NCBI GenBank assembly: GCA_963663805.2 | Contig: CAXXMR010000008.1 | Location: 192,001-256,000 of the forward strand | Length of the DNA stretch: 64,000 nucleotides | Source of the DNA: Sedimentisphaerales bacterium | GTDB lineage: Bacteria; Planctomycetota; Phycisphaerae; Sedimentisphaerales; SM23-30 | Direction: 5' to 3' | The notes under the pieces: generated by a model | The model's database searches: none | What the model saw: the letters and a program-made list of their open reading frames with translations, nothing else | What the model was told of the DNA's origin: nothing | Program-made: the position numbers and the translations under genes | In this document: positions 1 to 11,342 of the stretch, piece by piece | Numbering within the stretch: position 1 is the stretch's first letter | Layout: each line of letters opens with the position of its first letter

Positions 1-34
1 GTTATTAGAAATCGCAAAGCCCGTTTCCCCATCG

Positions 35-613
35 TCAATTACCATTCGGTTTGGGAGTCAGACCTTTCAGCAACTCCGTTATTTTATCATAAATCGCTTC
101 CGGACTGCACATCCGACCTACCCCCGTTGTTCCACATGCCAGCCTGCCATTGTCCGGCCCAACTGTAACAATGCCCCATTCCGCCAGCGTCTGCATATTC
201 CGCTTTACTGCTGGATGTCCCCACATGCGACTGTTCATCGCCGGTGCCAGCAGGACATCACTGTCCGCCGCGGCCAATAGCGTACTGAGCAAATCATCGC
301 AAATTCCCCCGGCCAGCTTGCCGATAATATTCGCCGTCGCCGGTGCCACCACGAATAAATCTGCCCGCTCCGTCAGGCTGATATGCCGGGCGTCGTAAAC
401 CTGCTCCGCCGCGAACATATCAGTATAAACCTGCCGACCCGTAAGCGTGCTGAACGTCAACGCCCCCACAAACTTCTGAGCATGTTCGGTCATTGCCACC
501 GTTACCCCCGCGCCAGCCTGCACCAGCTTCGAGCATAGCAGTGCCGACTTATACGCCGCGATTCCGCCGGTTACGCCCAGCAGAATCTCAAACTGTTCCA
601 GTTCACCTGCCAT
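35..613 (-). CDS. coaBC: Phosphopantothenoylcysteine decarboxylase (CoaC flavoprotein domain, stand-alone half of CoaBC)
   Basis: LLGVTGGIAAYK, VAPATANIIGKLAGGICDDLLST, APAMN and G-R-LACG motifs; likely ATG at 613. Confidence 0.9.
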   Translation of the reverse strand: MAGELEQFEILLGVTGGIAAYKSALLCSKLVQAGAGVTVAMTEHAQKFVGALTFSTLTGRQVYTDMFAAEQVYDARHISLTERADLFVVAPATANIIGKLAGGICDDLLSTLLAAADSDVLLAPAMNSRMWGHPAVKRNMQTLAEWGIVTVGPDNGRLACGTTGVGRMCSPEAIYDKITELLKGLTPKPNGN

Positions 614-657
614 CGCCTGACTCCCGAACACAACGCATTAGCGCAAGAACCAGCGGG

Positions 658-921
658 TCAATCACCCGCTCCGCGACTGATACCGTTTTTTAGCATCTCC
701 GCTGACGGCGGATACAGAGACACGCTTTTTTCATAATCAACCGCGATCTTGTCTTCCTCGACTTCCTGCAGGGCTATCTCAATCAGTGTTTTGCCCTTGG
801 GGTCAACCAGCGGACGGGAACCATCAATCAGCTCACGCAAACGACGCTGAATCAGGGCCGTAAGGCGAAATTTGCCGCCTACCTTTTTTACCACTTCATC
901 GCTTTTCAATACTTCCAGCAT
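658..921 (-). CDS. rpoZ: RNA polymerase omega subunit
   Basis: KVGGKFRLTALIQRRLREL...IALQEV pattern; gmk-rpoZ-coaBC synteny. Confidence 0.85.
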   Translation of the reverse strand: MLEVLKSDEVVKKVGGKFRLTALIQRRLRELIDGSRPLVDPKGKTLIEIALQEVEEDKIAVDYEKSVSLYPPSAEMLKNGISRGAGD

Positions 922-932
922 CAAGCAATCTC

Positions 933-1499
933 CTATTTATTGAAAATCGTTACCATTTCATCAATTGCCCGCTCCACATCGTCATTTACGATGGTGTAGC
1001 GGTAATGTTTGTTATTCTTAGCCTGTTCAATTTCCCAGAGAGCCTTGGCTAATCGCTTCTGGATTGTTTCTTCGTCATCCCGCCCCCGCCCGGCCAGACG
1101 TTTCTTAATCTCCTCTGCGCTCGGTGCCAGCACCAGTATCCCCATCGCTGCACCAAACTTTTCAAACACCTGCGTCGCCCCCTGTACATCAATTTCCAGA
1201 ATTACCGTCTGGCCTTGTCCCAGCATCTCCTTCACAGGCTCGGCCGGTGTCCCGTAATAATTGCCGAAAACTTCGGCATATTCCAGAAATTCGTCCGCTG
1301 CGATTTTTGCTTCAAATTCTGCCCGGCTCAAAAAGTAATAGTCCCGGCCGTCAACCTCGTTCTTGCCCTGTCCCCGCGTTGTCGCCGAAACACTCACTTT
1401 CACATTTGTACGCTTAATCGCTTCCCGGCACAGTGTACTCTTGCCCGAGCCGCTCGGCCCGCTCACCACAAACAATTTACCTTTGCCATTACCGCTCAT
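933..1499 (-). CDS. gmk: Guanylate kinase
   Basis: SGPSGSGKST P-loop, SATTR, EVDGRDYYF, YYGT, LEIDVQGA; start could be 1529. Confidence 0.97.
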   Translation of the reverse strand: MSGNGKGKLFVVSGPSGSGKSTLCREAIKRTNVKVSVSATTRGQGKNEVDGRDYYFLSRAEFEAKIAADEFLEYAEVFGNYYGTPAEPVKEMLGQGQTVILEIDVQGATQVFEKFGAAMGILVLAPSAEEIKKRLAGRGRDDEETIQKRLAKALWEIEQAKNNKHYRYTIVNDDVERAIDEMVTIFNK

Positions 1500-1534
1500 A
1501 ACCGTATCCGCTTCCCCGACTGCAAACATCAAAA

Positions 1535-2425
1535 CTATTCGATATTTTGTACCTGTTCCCGCAACCGGTCTATTGCGACTTTAATTTCGACTACATGATG
1601 ACTTATCTGAGCGTTGTTGGCCTTGCTGGCGATGGTGTTGGCTTCCCGCAGCATTTCCTGTGTCAGGAAATCCAGCCGCCGACCCGCCTGAGTCCCGCAG
1701 TCGCAGGCATCCCGAAACTGACCCATATGAGAAGTCAGCCGTGAAATCTCCTCGTTGATATCACAACGCTCCGCGAAGATTGCCACTTCTTTCATCAACA
1801 GGTCTTCATCGACTTTCAGATTCGCTTCTGCCAGCATGGCATCCACCCGCTGCTGAATTCGCTGCCGATAGTTATTCACCACCGTCTCAGCCATGCCCGC
1901 CAGCGATTCAAGGTTATCCTGAATCACCTGACACTGGCCCAGCAAATCATCCCGCCCGCGCTTGCCCTCTTCCGTCCGCATTTCCTGCAAACGGTCAATA
2001 GCTTCATGCGTCAGTTTCTCGATAATCTCCTGCATTGCCTTGTGTTCATCTTCGGTGTACTTGCGCAACTGACAAACTCCCGGCAGTTGCAACAGTGCCG
2101 CCAGGTCTATTTCCAGATTGTCATCGCCGCCGTACAGATTCTTGGCCTGCTCCAGATGCCCCAGATAATCCTGAAGCATCGCGTGATTGACATCGAACGC
2201 GCCCGACTTGCCCGTATGCCGCAGGTGCATGGTATAATTTACCGAACCCCGCGCTAGCCTGTCCCGGATTATCCGTTCAACCGCCGGCTCCGCGAACGCC
2301 ATAGCGTCCGGCAGACGAATGCTGGTCTTCAGGAACTTATTGTTCAGCGACTTAATCTCAATCAGAAAGCTCAAACCTTCACTTTCCAGTTGAGCGTCAC
2401 CAAAACCTGTCATGCTTTGCAGCAT
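1535..2425 (-). CDS. yicC: YicC/YloC family endoribonuclease
   Basis: MLQSMTGFG start; GRRLDFLTQEMLREANTIASK; REQVQNIE end. Confidence 0.95.
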   Translation of the reverse strand: MLQSMTGFGDAQLESEGLSFLIEIKSLNNKFLKTSIRLPDAMAFAEPAVERIIRDRLARGSVNYTMHLRHTGKSGAFDVNHAMLQDYLGHLEQAKNLYGGDDNLEIDLAALLQLPGVCQLRKYTEDEHKAMQEIIEKLTHEAIDRLQEMRTEEGKRGRDDLLGQCQVIQDNLESLAGMAETVVNNYRQRIQQRVDAMLAEANLKVDEDLLMKEVAIFAERCDINEEISRLTSHMGQFRDACDCGTQAGRRLDFLTQEMLREANTIASKANNAQISHHVVEIKVAIDRLREQVQNIE

Positions 2426-2491
2426 ATTATCGTCTCCAGACGTTGTTTATATCAAAACCACGCACGTTAATAAGCCGTGCCGTAAATCAGA

Positions 2492-2966
2492 CTACTTGCC
2501 TTCCGCCGGTGCCTCAGGGGCAGTCTTTGCCGGAGCAGCTTCTTCAGTAGACGCAGCGTTTTCCGTCGGAGCAGCCGTTTCTTCCGTCGCCGGAGAGGTG
2601 GCTTCTGCCGTGACAGCACCTTCGACCGGTGCTTCAGCTTCAGCTGGGGGCAGTTGCCGCTGGTGCCGCGCCGATTGCCGCGTTCAGTTCTTCCTGAGTC
2701 TGGCTGTAGGGTTTGTACGACATTGTCAAAACCATCGCCAGCACCAGGAACAACACCACTACCACAATCGTTGTCCAGGTAAAGACATCGCCGGTCTTAC
2801 TGCCGAACGCACTTTGACCGCCGCCGCCGCCGAACGCCGCCGACAGACCGCCGCCCCGACCTTTCTGCAGCAATACCAGGCCAATCAGTGCCACGCAGAC
2901 AATGATAAAAACTACTGCCAATAGCTGCGCCCACCAGTGTATTGCTCCGAGAATCACTATGTTCAT
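2492..2966 (-). CDS. secG: Preprotein translocase SecG with long Ala/Glu/Thr/Pro-rich tail (frameshift at G-run near 2646-2650)
   Basis: VLLQKGRGGGLSAAFGGGG, two TM segments; removing one base continues the frame as AEAEAPVEG...EGK to TAG at 2492-2494. Confidence 0.9.
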
Positions 2967-3009
2967 AACTTGCTCCAAAAACTATGCGTTAATTATTTCC
3001 GTTTGTAAC

Positions 3010-3807
3010 TTACTTACCACCGCAGCAGCAGCCCTTGCCCGAGTTGCCCGCACCGCGAATAATGCCCATAAAATCATCAACCTTCAGGCTCGCTCCGCCC
3101 ACCAATGCGCCGTCAACGTCCGGCTGAGACATCAGCTCCGCGGCATTGTCAGCTTTTACACTGCCGCCATACTGAATCCGCACCGACTGAGCCAGATTGT
3201 CATCATACATGTCAGCCAGAATCTTACGTGAAAAAGCGTGGGCTTCCTGAGCCTGCGCCGGTGAAGCCGTCTTGCCTGTGCCGATCGCCCATACCGGCTC
3301 ATAAGCCACAGTAATATCAGCCATCTGAGCAGCCGAAACATCCTTGAGCCCTTCACGCAGATGACGTTCGATAACCGCTTCGGTCTGACCGGCTTCGCGT
3401 TCTTCCAGCAGTTCGCCGATGCAGAGAATAACCTTCAGGCCGCCGGCTAGGGCTGCCTTGACCTTCTTATTAACGATTGCGTCCGTCTCGCCAATCACAT
3501 GACGACGTTCCGAATGGCCCGCCAGCACATAGGTGCAGCCCACATCCTTGAGCATGTCAACACTGACTTCGCCGGTGAAAGCGCCTTTGCCTTCATAGAA
3601 TACGTCCTGAGCGCCCACCGCTACAACACTACCCGCCGCCGCTTCGACAACTGCCGGAAGATGCACAAAAACCGGGCAAACCGCCACATCGACACATGTC
3701 GTACTTTCGCATTTCGACAAAGCGTCTTTCAAACCGCTCGCCAATGCCGCTGCGCCTGCCTTATCCAGATTCATCTTCCAGTTGCCTGCTACAAATTTCT
3801 TTCTCAT
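3010..3807 (-). CDS. tpiA: Triosephosphate isomerase
   Basis: [36 protein letters not shown]. Confidence 0.98.
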   Translation of the reverse strand: MRKKFVAGNWKMNLDKAGAAALASGLKDALSKCESTTCVDVAVCPVFVHLPAVVEAAAGSVVAVGAQDVFYEGKGAFTGEVSVDMLKDVGCTYVLAGHSERRHVIGETDAIVNKKVKAALAGGLKVILCIGELLEEREAGQTEAVIERHLREGLKDVSAAQMADITVAYEPVWAIGTGKTASPAQAQEAHAFSRKILADMYDDNLAQSVRIQYGGSVKADNAAELMSQPDVDGALVGGASLKVDDFMGIIRGAGNSGKGCCCGGK

Positions 3808-3961
3808 AGTCAATACTCCTGAGATTAATAGTCTTTCAAAATCCTTATATCAGAGCCGCAAACATAAGTCAGCGGTTGCCGTTAATAAAAAATAAAATCT
3901 TGTTTAATCCGTCTAAAATTCTTGGCCGTTATGCCGATTTCTGACTTCTGACATCTGAAGT

Positions 3962-4978
3962 CTAATTCAGGGTTTTTCCGCAAATCGCCGCCAACTCCCG
4001 TACCGCTTTCATCAATTCCGCGAACATATTCTCGGTCAGCGCCTGCGGCCCATCACACTTAGCCTTATCAGGACAGTCATGCACTTCCACAATCATCCCA
4101 TCGGCACCCGCCGCGATGCCCGCCACCGCCAGCGACTGAACCATATCACGCCGACCAGCCGCGTGCGAAGGGTCAACTATCACCGGCAGATGCGAGTCAA
4201 TCTTCGCCAGAGCAATCGCCCCCACGTCCAGCGTAAACCGCATTTCATTTTCAAATCCCGTACTGCCCCTCTCACAAAGCACCACGTCACGATTGCCACC
4301 GGCCAGAACATACTCCGCGCTCATCAGCCAGTCCTTAACTGTACAACTCGCCCCGCGTTTCAGCAGCACCGGTTTATTGACTTTGCCGATCTCGCTCAGC
4401 AGTACAAAATTCTGCATATTCCGAGCCCCGACCTGCAGCATATCAGTGTACTTCGCCACCAGTTCCACATTTCGCGGGTCCGTAATCTCTGTAACAATCG
4501 GCATCCCGAACTCATCCCCGCACTCACGCAAAATTTTTAGACCGTCTTCGCCCAGTCCCTGAAAACTGTAAGGACTCGTCCGCGGCTTAAACGCTCCGCC
4601 CCGCAGCATACTAGCCCCGCTGGCCTTAACCGAACGGGCAATCTCCCGGCAGCTTGCCAGACTCTCAACCGCACACGGCCCCGCTATCGCCACGCACTTA
4701 CCCCCGCCGACCTTCACGCCGCTAACATCGATCTGACTGTCCTCGGCACAGAAATCGCGGCTCGCCAGTTTGTAAGGCCGCATAATCTGAACCACATTTT
4801 CAACCCCGTCGATACTTTTAATGTGGTCTGGAAACTCCACGTTCTCTTCGCCGATAGCACCAATAATGGTACGAAAAGCACCTCGCGAAACATGCGCCTG
4901 CAAGCCCAGCTCCTCGATTCGGCCAATGACCCGATCGACAACCTCCTGAGATGCACCCGATTGCAGAATTACTAACAT
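3962..4978 (-). CDS. aroF: DAHP synthase (class I-beta) with N-terminal regulatory domain
   Basis: IAGPCAVES, KPRTSPYSFQGLG, VGARNMQNF, LLKRG, VDPSHA. Confidence 0.95.
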   Translation of the reverse strand: MLVILQSGASQEVVDRVIGRIEELGLQAHVSRGAFRTIIGAIGEENVEFPDHIKSIDGVENVVQIMRPYKLASRDFCAEDSQIDVSGVKVGGGKCVAIAGPCAVESLASCREIARSVKASGASMLRGGAFKPRTSPYSFQGLGEDGLKILRECGDEFGMPIVTEITDPRNVELVAKYTDMLQVGARNMQNFVLLSEIGKVNKPVLLKRGASCTVKDWLMSAEYVLAGGNRDVVLCERGSTGFENEMRFTLDVGAIALAKIDSHLPVIVDPSHAAGRRDMVQSLAVAGIAAGADGMIVEVHDCPDKAKCDGPQALTENMFAELMKAVRELAAICGKTLN

Positions 4979-5014
4979 AATTTTATTTCCGTATTATCGC
5001 CGGCTCCGATTCGC

Positions 5015-6196
5015 CTAAAGTACCTCGGTCGCCCGCGGAAAACTTCCCAAAACACTCAATTGCAAACAATGACGTTTCGCTTCCGCGAACGCCTGCTGGA
5101 CATTCGCGTCCGCCTGATGGCCCTGACAATCAACGAAGAAATAATATTCCCGTTCCCGTTTCTTGCTCGGCCGAGATTCAATATTCGTTAAGTTCACACC
5201 GTTGTAACGAAACGCCTGTAAAGCATCCACCAACGCCCCCGCCTTATGCGCCGTGCTGAACACCACCGCTGTCTTATCATTACCCGTAGGCCGCGCCGAC
5301 TCCCGGCCAATCACCAGGAACCGAGTCACATTATGAGCGCTGTCCTCGATATTCTCAAACAGCAGCCGCAAGCCATACAATTCCGCCGCCAACGTTGAGC
5401 CAATCGCAGCGCTGTAAGGTTCAACCGCCGCCTTTTGGGCTGCCTGAGCGCTCGAAGCCACCGGCATAACATCAACATTCGGCAGAGTCGCCGCCAGCCA
5501 GTGCCGACATTGACCCAAAACTTCCGGTTTGGAATAAACGACCTTAATTTCGTCCAACCCGCAGTTGGCCATCAAATTATGATGTATCAGGACCAGCATC
5601 TCGGCACAAATCGAAACCGGCGATTCAATCAGCGAATCCAGCGTCTCGATTATCCCGCCCAGTACCGAGTTTTCGACCGGCACAATACCTAAATCACAAT
5701 GCTCCTTGCCAATCTCGTCAAATACCGACCGAATATCGCCCAAAGGTTCATATTCCACGCACTGCCCAAACTTCAGCATAGCCGCAGTATGCGAAAAACT
5801 GCCCTTAGGACCCAGAAAAGCGATTCGCAATGGCCGTTCCAGAAAAAACGACCCGCTCATCAATTCTCGATATACCGCCAGCAGACAAGAGTCCGGCAGC
5901 GGCCCTGCATTGCACTTTTTGACTTTATCCAGCACGGCCCGTTCCCGGTCCGGTGCGTATATCGGCGGGGCGCTCTTATCGCTGCGCTTGATTTCACCGA
6001 CCTCGACTACCACTTTCGCCCGTTCATTCATCAGGCGAACCAATTCATGGTCCAGCTCGTCAATCCGCTTGCGTAACTCGTCCAGCCTGCCCAAAACCAA
6101 CCGCCGTTTCTGTTTACCTAACTTACTTACATCTAACGGTTTATACAATAAACCATTAGAACCCTCTTGTATACCGACTTTTGCCTGCCCAGTCAA
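5015..6196 (-). CDS. pheA: Chorismate mutase/prephenate dehydratase (true start probably near 6090)
   Basis: LDELRKRIDELD CM domain, FLGPKGSFSH, PVENS, NVTRFLVIG, NLTNIESRPS ACT domain. Confidence 0.95.
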   Translation of the reverse strand: MTGQAKVGIQEGSNGLLYKPLDVSKLGKQKRRLVLGRLDELRKRIDELDHELVRLMNERAKVVVEVGEIKRSDKSAPPIYAPDRERAVLDKVKKCNAGPLPDSCLLAVYRELMSGSFFLERPLRIAFLGPKGSFSHTAAMLKFGQCVEYEPLGDIRSVFDEIGKEHCDLGIVPVENSVLGGIIETLDSLIESPVSICAEMLVLIHHNLMANCGLDEIKVVYSKPEVLGQCRHWLAATLPNVDVMPVASSAQAAQKAAVEPYSAAIGSTLAAELYGLRLLFENIEDSAHNVTRFLVIGRESARPTGNDKTAVVFSTAHKAGALVDALQAFRYNGVNLTNIESRPSKKREREYYFFVDCQGHQADANVQQAFAEAKRHCLQLSVLGSFPRATEVL

Positions 6197-6307
6197 CCCA
6201 AAAATAACCCCAAAACCGCCCGTATTGCTGGTTTTTGCGTTGAACTTACCAGACCAATAGGGTAGTTTGGCCCCCGGTAAGGTTTTATCTTAAATACAGG
6301 ATTTGTT

Positions 6308-7084
6308 ATGGGATTAATAGACACGCACACTCACCTGGCTTCCTCGGCCTTTGACGGAATACTGAATGATGTATTAGTCCGGGCCGACCAGGCAGGACTG
6401 GACAGATGTCTGGTCGTGGGAACTTCACTCGATAACTGCCAAAAAGTAATCGACATTTGCCGGAAGCATAACAACCTCTATGCCGTATTGGGTATCCACC
6501 CCCACGAAGCCGACACTGTAGACAGTGATTCCTATACCCAACTTCACCAACTTGCCCAATTTAATAAAACTGTTGCCCTGGGCGAGATGGGCCTCGACTT
6601 TCATTATGACTTTTCTCCCCGCGACCAGCAGATAGCATCATTTGAATTAGCCCTTGATTTAGCCCAAAAGCTCAATTTGCCCGCCGTAATTCATTGCCGT
6701 GAAGCCTTCGAAGACTGCATGGCAGTACTGAAAAACGGCACAAACTCCGATTCCAGAGTGGTTTTTCACTGTTTTTCCGGCGACATCGACCAGGCCCGCC
6801 CAATCATCGACCGCGGCTATTACCTTTCTTTTTCCGGCGTTGTCACCTTCAAAAAGGCTCCTGAGATACAGGAAGCCGCTGTTTGGGCACCCGCCAATCG
6901 TATCCTTATCGAGACCGACTGCCCCTTCCTCTCCCCCGACCCCATGCGGAAAATCAAGCCCAACGAGCCCGCTTTGGTAGTACATGTCGCCGAAAAGCTC
7001 GCCCAACTTCGTAATACCACCCTTCAGGAAATAGCTAAAATCACCGCCGCGAACAGTCGATATTTCTTTAGCCTGCCCGAATGA
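6308..7084 (+). CDS. tatD: TatD family hydrolase/DNase
   Basis: IDTHTHL, GIHPH, GEMGLD, IHCR, FHCFSG, ETDCPFL. Confidence 0.95.
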   Translation: MGLIDTHTHLASSAFDGILNDVLVRADQAGLDRCLVVGTSLDNCQKVIDICRKHNNLYAVLGIHPHEADTVDSDSYTQLHQLAQFNKTVALGEMGLDFHYDFSPRDQQIASFELALDLAQKLNLPAVIHCREAFEDCMAVLKNGTNSDSRVVFHCFSGDIDQARPIIDRGYYLSFSGVVTFKKAPEIQEAAVWAPANRILIETDCPFLSPDPMRKIKPNEPALVVHVAEKLAQLRNTTLQEIAKITAANSRYFFSLPE

Positions 7085-7174
7085 CAATCGGCGGCCAGAA
7101 GACTATTATAGTGAGTCAGATGCAATCAAGGCGGTTCATATTATGAGACCGCCAGTTTTTGCGAGGTAAGCCCA

Positions 7175-8159
7175 ATGGCAAAAAAAGCAACTACCAAGTC
7201 CACCATCCAAGCTCGCAAAACCACTCGGAAAGCCGCGGAGTCTGCTGCCCCCCCCGCAACTTACCAAAAGTATGGTTATGCTCCATGCCGCTTTGGAAGT
7301 TTTGCGTAAGGGTGCTCATTCCGCCTTGCTGCTCTACGTCGATGGTCTGGAAGATTTTTCCGAGCTTAAATTTCTTAAAGGTAAAAAAGGTTTCGAGCTG
7401 GTTCTGGTTGCCCGTTCCGAATCTGCGCGCGAAGCCTCGGAAAAGATAATCAAAAACGTTGTCCAGGTTCCACCTGTCAACCTGACTCGTACCGGCCAAA
7501 TCAAGATGGCCATAATGCTCGCCCTGTCCAATCGCTTTTTACAGCCCGGCCAGGAATTCGTCTTTCTGACCGGTGTCGCCGGCGGTTCACTCGATACCAT
7601 GATGGTCATGGAAGTAGGCCGGGAATATGAAATGTTCCAGTCGGTTGACCAGCCGCCCATTACCGAACATATCCGTCGGGCCGTCTTTGAAAGGGTACTC
7701 AATTTTGCCCTCGAGCTGGCCTCCGAAGGACGCGAAGGCAAACCCGTTGGCGCAATTTTCGTACTGGGAAATTCCACCGCCGTAATAGCCAACGCCCAGC
7801 AGAATATCATGAACCCCTTCAAGGGTTACGAAGAATCCGAACGAAACATTCTCGATAAACACATGACCGAAACCGTCAAGGAATTCGCCACTATCGACGG
7901 CGCTTTCGTAATAAAAGGGACAGGAACAATAGTCTCCGCCGGAACCTATCTATTGCCCAGACTTGTTGCCGAAGAACTCCCCCAGGGACTCGGTGCCCGC
8001 CACGCCGCCGCCGCCGCTATAACCGCTGCCACCAAGAGTGTTGCCATTACCATCAGCGAATCTACCGGAACCGTAAGAATCTGGCGTAAAGGAAAACTAA
8101 TCACCGAAATAGAAAAAGCCAAAAGAATCAGTACTCCGCCCATCCCCCCGGAATCCTGA
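7175..8159 (+). CDS. Diadenylate cyclase (DisA_N/DAC domain, DacZ-like); N-terminus frameshifted at C-run near 7248-7255
   Basis: ELASEGREGKPVGAIFV, IDGAFVI (DGA), GLGARHAAAAAIT, ISES motifs; in-frame ORF 7272-8159. Confidence 0.85.
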
Positions 8160-8162
8160 CCA

Positions 8163-8573
8163 TTACTCCTTTATCATTTTCCCCTTATACATTTTTTTCC
8201 GAAACTCCTCCGCTCTCTTAATCAGCTCTTCCGGTTCCGCCGGCACATTAGTCGTCAAAACAAAATTCCACTCATGCTCATCCCGAAACGGTATCGGCAA
8301 GATCTCGGCGAAAAAATCCACACCCGGAATCTGATACCAGGGCGTCGCCGCTTTCTTAGGGGCATGAATCGGCTCATAACCGTTCATCCGCAGCACAACA
8401 TCATATGTCCCATACCAGGTAAAAGGCACCGTCACCGGTGTCGCTCCGACTTCCTGGTCGTTCAGCCAGACAATCGCCCCGGCTGGTCTTGAGGTAACCG
8501 TAATAACACGTTCCACACAACCAAAAGCCGTTAGGCAAAAACTGATAGCCAAAACTTTGATAATTTTATTCAT
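8163..8573 (-). CDS. PEGA-domain lipoprotein
   Basis: Lipobox AFGC; ITVTSRPAGAIVWLNDQEVGATPV...GY PEGA pattern. Confidence 0.8.
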   Translation of the reverse strand: MNKIIKVLAISFCLTAFGCVERVITVTSRPAGAIVWLNDQEVGATPVTVPFTWYGTYDVVLRMNGYEPIHAPKKAATPWYQIPGVDFFAEILPIPFRDEHEWNFVLTTNVPAEPEELIKRAEEFRKKMYKGKMIKE

Positions 8574-8737
8574 TAGATTTCATCCGGATATTGCTGAGCA
8601 TCTGATTTGTTATTCGCCGAGATCGCCCGGTAAATGCACCACGACAACCCGCCGATTATCAGCACCAGCATAAAGGTTAAAATAAGATAAGCCTGCCCCG
8701 ATAGTTCGCCGTCATATACCACTTCTGCCAAAGTCAT
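8573..8737 (-). CDS. 54-aa single-TM protein, probable MetS-like small subunit of the NSS transporter (not in ORF track)
   Basis: Hand translation MTLAEVVYDGELSGQAYLILTFMLVLIIGGLSWCIYRAISANNKSDAQQYPDEI; directly after NSS gene, TAATG overlap with next gene. Confidence 0.65.
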   Translation of the reverse strand: MTLAEVVYDGELSGQAYLILTFMLVLIIGGLSWCIYRAISANNKSDAQQYPDEI

Positions 8738-8760
8738 TTTCTATTCTCCGGGCCACAGGC

Positions 8761-10311
8761 CTAATTATCAAATTCACGCAACCGCGAAATCTTGTCCGCA
8801 CGCCAAAGGCCCAGTATCACCGCCGTCATAAAAACCATAAACGTCAGACACAAACCAAGTATATTCCGGCCCACCAGTTCACCTTCGGGCGTAACAATAA
8901 ATCCACCCTCACTGTTTATATCGCCCACCAGCGACCAGATTACCAAAGCCGCCAGAATCGTCGGGATAACCGCCTTAATCAGCCATTCCCACCAAACTCC
9001 AATCTGCCAATCGCTGTTCTTGTTAGCGTGCGCCCGCAACTTGCCTAAATCAAAAGCCCACCCCAAAACCAGACACTCAATCAGCCCCACAAACAATATT
9101 CCCCACGTCCCTTCATTGACAAACGAGTCAAACGTGTCCAGCCACGACAACCCGCCCCCGCGTCACAAAAAACACTCCCCACACTAAACCCCCACAATCG
9201 ACATTACCGCCAGCACCGAAACCCGTTTCCACCCGGTCTTGTCAATCATGCTCGCCAGTGCTGCTTCCGTAATAGAAAACGCCGAATCAATCCCCAGCAG
9301 CAGCAAAGCGATAAAGAATATCACTGAGAAAAAGTTCGACCATCCCAAAGCACCCAACGCTTTGGGAAAAGCCACAAACGCCAGCCCAATCGACTTACTG
9401 CCTGCCAGAACTTCATCCACCGGCTGATTTGTTTTCAGTGCCAACGCTCCCATCGTCGCGAACACCGCGATGCCGGCAATAAAACTCGTCCCCAAATCCG
9501 CCAGCCCAATTATCAGAGCATTATTATTAATATCACTTTTACGATGCAGAAAACTCGCGTAGGTAATCATCACCCCAAAAGCGATGGTCATCGAGAAGAA
9601 CACCTGACCAAACGCCGCCCGCCAAATATGCGGTTCTTTCAGAACTTCCCAGTTCGGCTCCAGATAATATTCCAGTCCCTGAATCGCTCCCTCCAGCGTC
9701 AGCCCGCGTATCGTCAGTACAATCAGCATCAGCCACGGAATCGGCACCGTCCACAGCACAATCTTACTGACGATTTTCACGCCGCGGAAGATACACAAAA
9801 ACATCAAGGCCCAAATCGCCGCCAACGCCCCCAGAATAGGCCAACGCACCCCGCCCAGAGCGTAAGTGCCGTTAAATTGCAGATAATCATCAAAGAAAAA
9901 CTTCTGAGCGGCATCGGCGTTTTCGGGGTCTACCCACGGCAGTTGCGGATAAAAACTATAGATAAGATAATTCAATGCCCACGCCAGCACTATCGCATAA
10001 TAAGTCACAATAATGAAACTCAGCACGATAGGCCACCACCCCACGAACTCCCATTTTTTGCCCACCTGCCTGAACGCGTTCGGGGCCGCCTGCTGGGTCA
10101 GATGCCCCAGCGAAAATTCCATGATAAGCAGCGGAATCCCAATCACTATCATCGCGATAATATAAGGAATCAGAAACGCACTGCCGCCGTTACTGTAACA
10201 TTCATGAGGAAACCGCCAGACATTACCTAACCCAACAGCCGAGCCAATCGCCGCCAGCACAAACCCGGTGCGTGAACCCCAGTTTTCCCGTGAATCGTTC
10301 CATTGCGACAT
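8761..10311 (-). CDS. Sodium-dependent transporter, NSS (SLC6/LeuT) family; frameshifts near 9155-9195
   Basis: RENWGSRTGFVLAAIGSAVGLGNVWRFP, GQVFFS, GLAFVAFP, GIDS; C-terminal TMs in ORF 8761-9150. Confidence 0.92.
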
Positions 10312-11162
10312 CAGGAAGCTCCGCTAAGTTCGATTCCCAGCAGGCTCAGGCTGTCACGTTCGATAATGCTTCTGATTTTCTCACGCGGGATAGCCGGCAA
10401 TGCCGCTTCCAGAGCGATTTTATTAGTGTTGTATAGCGACTCCACCGCGTTTTTTACCGTCGAGTTCGGAAAACCCGCTGCCAAAAAGCAGTTTGTCCAT
10501 CACCCGGAACTCATGCGCCAACGCCAGACTGCGATAGGCATGCCAGGGACGATTGATTAAACCCACCACATCGGCATACACATTTTTGTTTTTGCCCAGC
10601 AGTGTCAGTGTTTGTTCCGTCCACGGATGCCCCAAATGCGAGATAATAATTTTCAGATCGGGAAACTTCCGCGCGATTTCATCCAGCAGCACCGGACTGG
10701 CAAACTCCAGTTGTGCCGCCGCCGGGAACGATTGGCCCTGCATGAAATAAATCGGCAGACCATGCTCCTGAGCCGCCTGATAAACCGGCAGCACTCGCGA
10801 GTCCGCCGGATGAAACCCCTGACAGGCCGGGCTAAGCGTCAACCCGCTGAACCCTTTCCGGGCCAGCCGTTCGATATCCGATTCAGTCGTCGGTCGGGTC
10901 GGGTCGATACCCGCAAAAGGCTGCCATCTTGCCCGGCTGAGCGGAGATATGGTCCATCAGAAAATCGTTGGGAACCTCCAGCCCCAGCCAATCACTGGTA
11001 AATCCCAGTACTATAGTAGCCTGAGCCGGTTCTGAGCTTTCCAGATGCTGCTGCGGCAGCGGCTGCTGGGTATCGGTGTGCTGAGCACAGAGGAAAACCC
11101 GCTGCCCCGGCACTGATTTTCAAGGAACCGGGCCAGAGTAAACTATGGCAGTCAATAATCAT
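10311..11162 (-). CDS. Amidohydrolase_2 family protein, several frameshifts
   Basis: MIIDCH start at 11162; PDLKIIISHLGHPW, NVYAD, KLLFGS motifs in fragments. Confidence 0.8.
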
Positions 11163-11342
11163 AAATCTTTGCCTGAAAATTGGTTATCAAGACAGCCACG
11201 CCATCAGCGCCGCTGGACCCGTATGAACATCCATTTTTCACAACCAGGTCATAAACTGCCGGAAGTATAAACACATGCCCTTGCCCGGTCAAGGGTTAAG
11301 TAAATTTGGCTGCGCTGGTTGCCCCCGAAGTCCCCACGCCTT

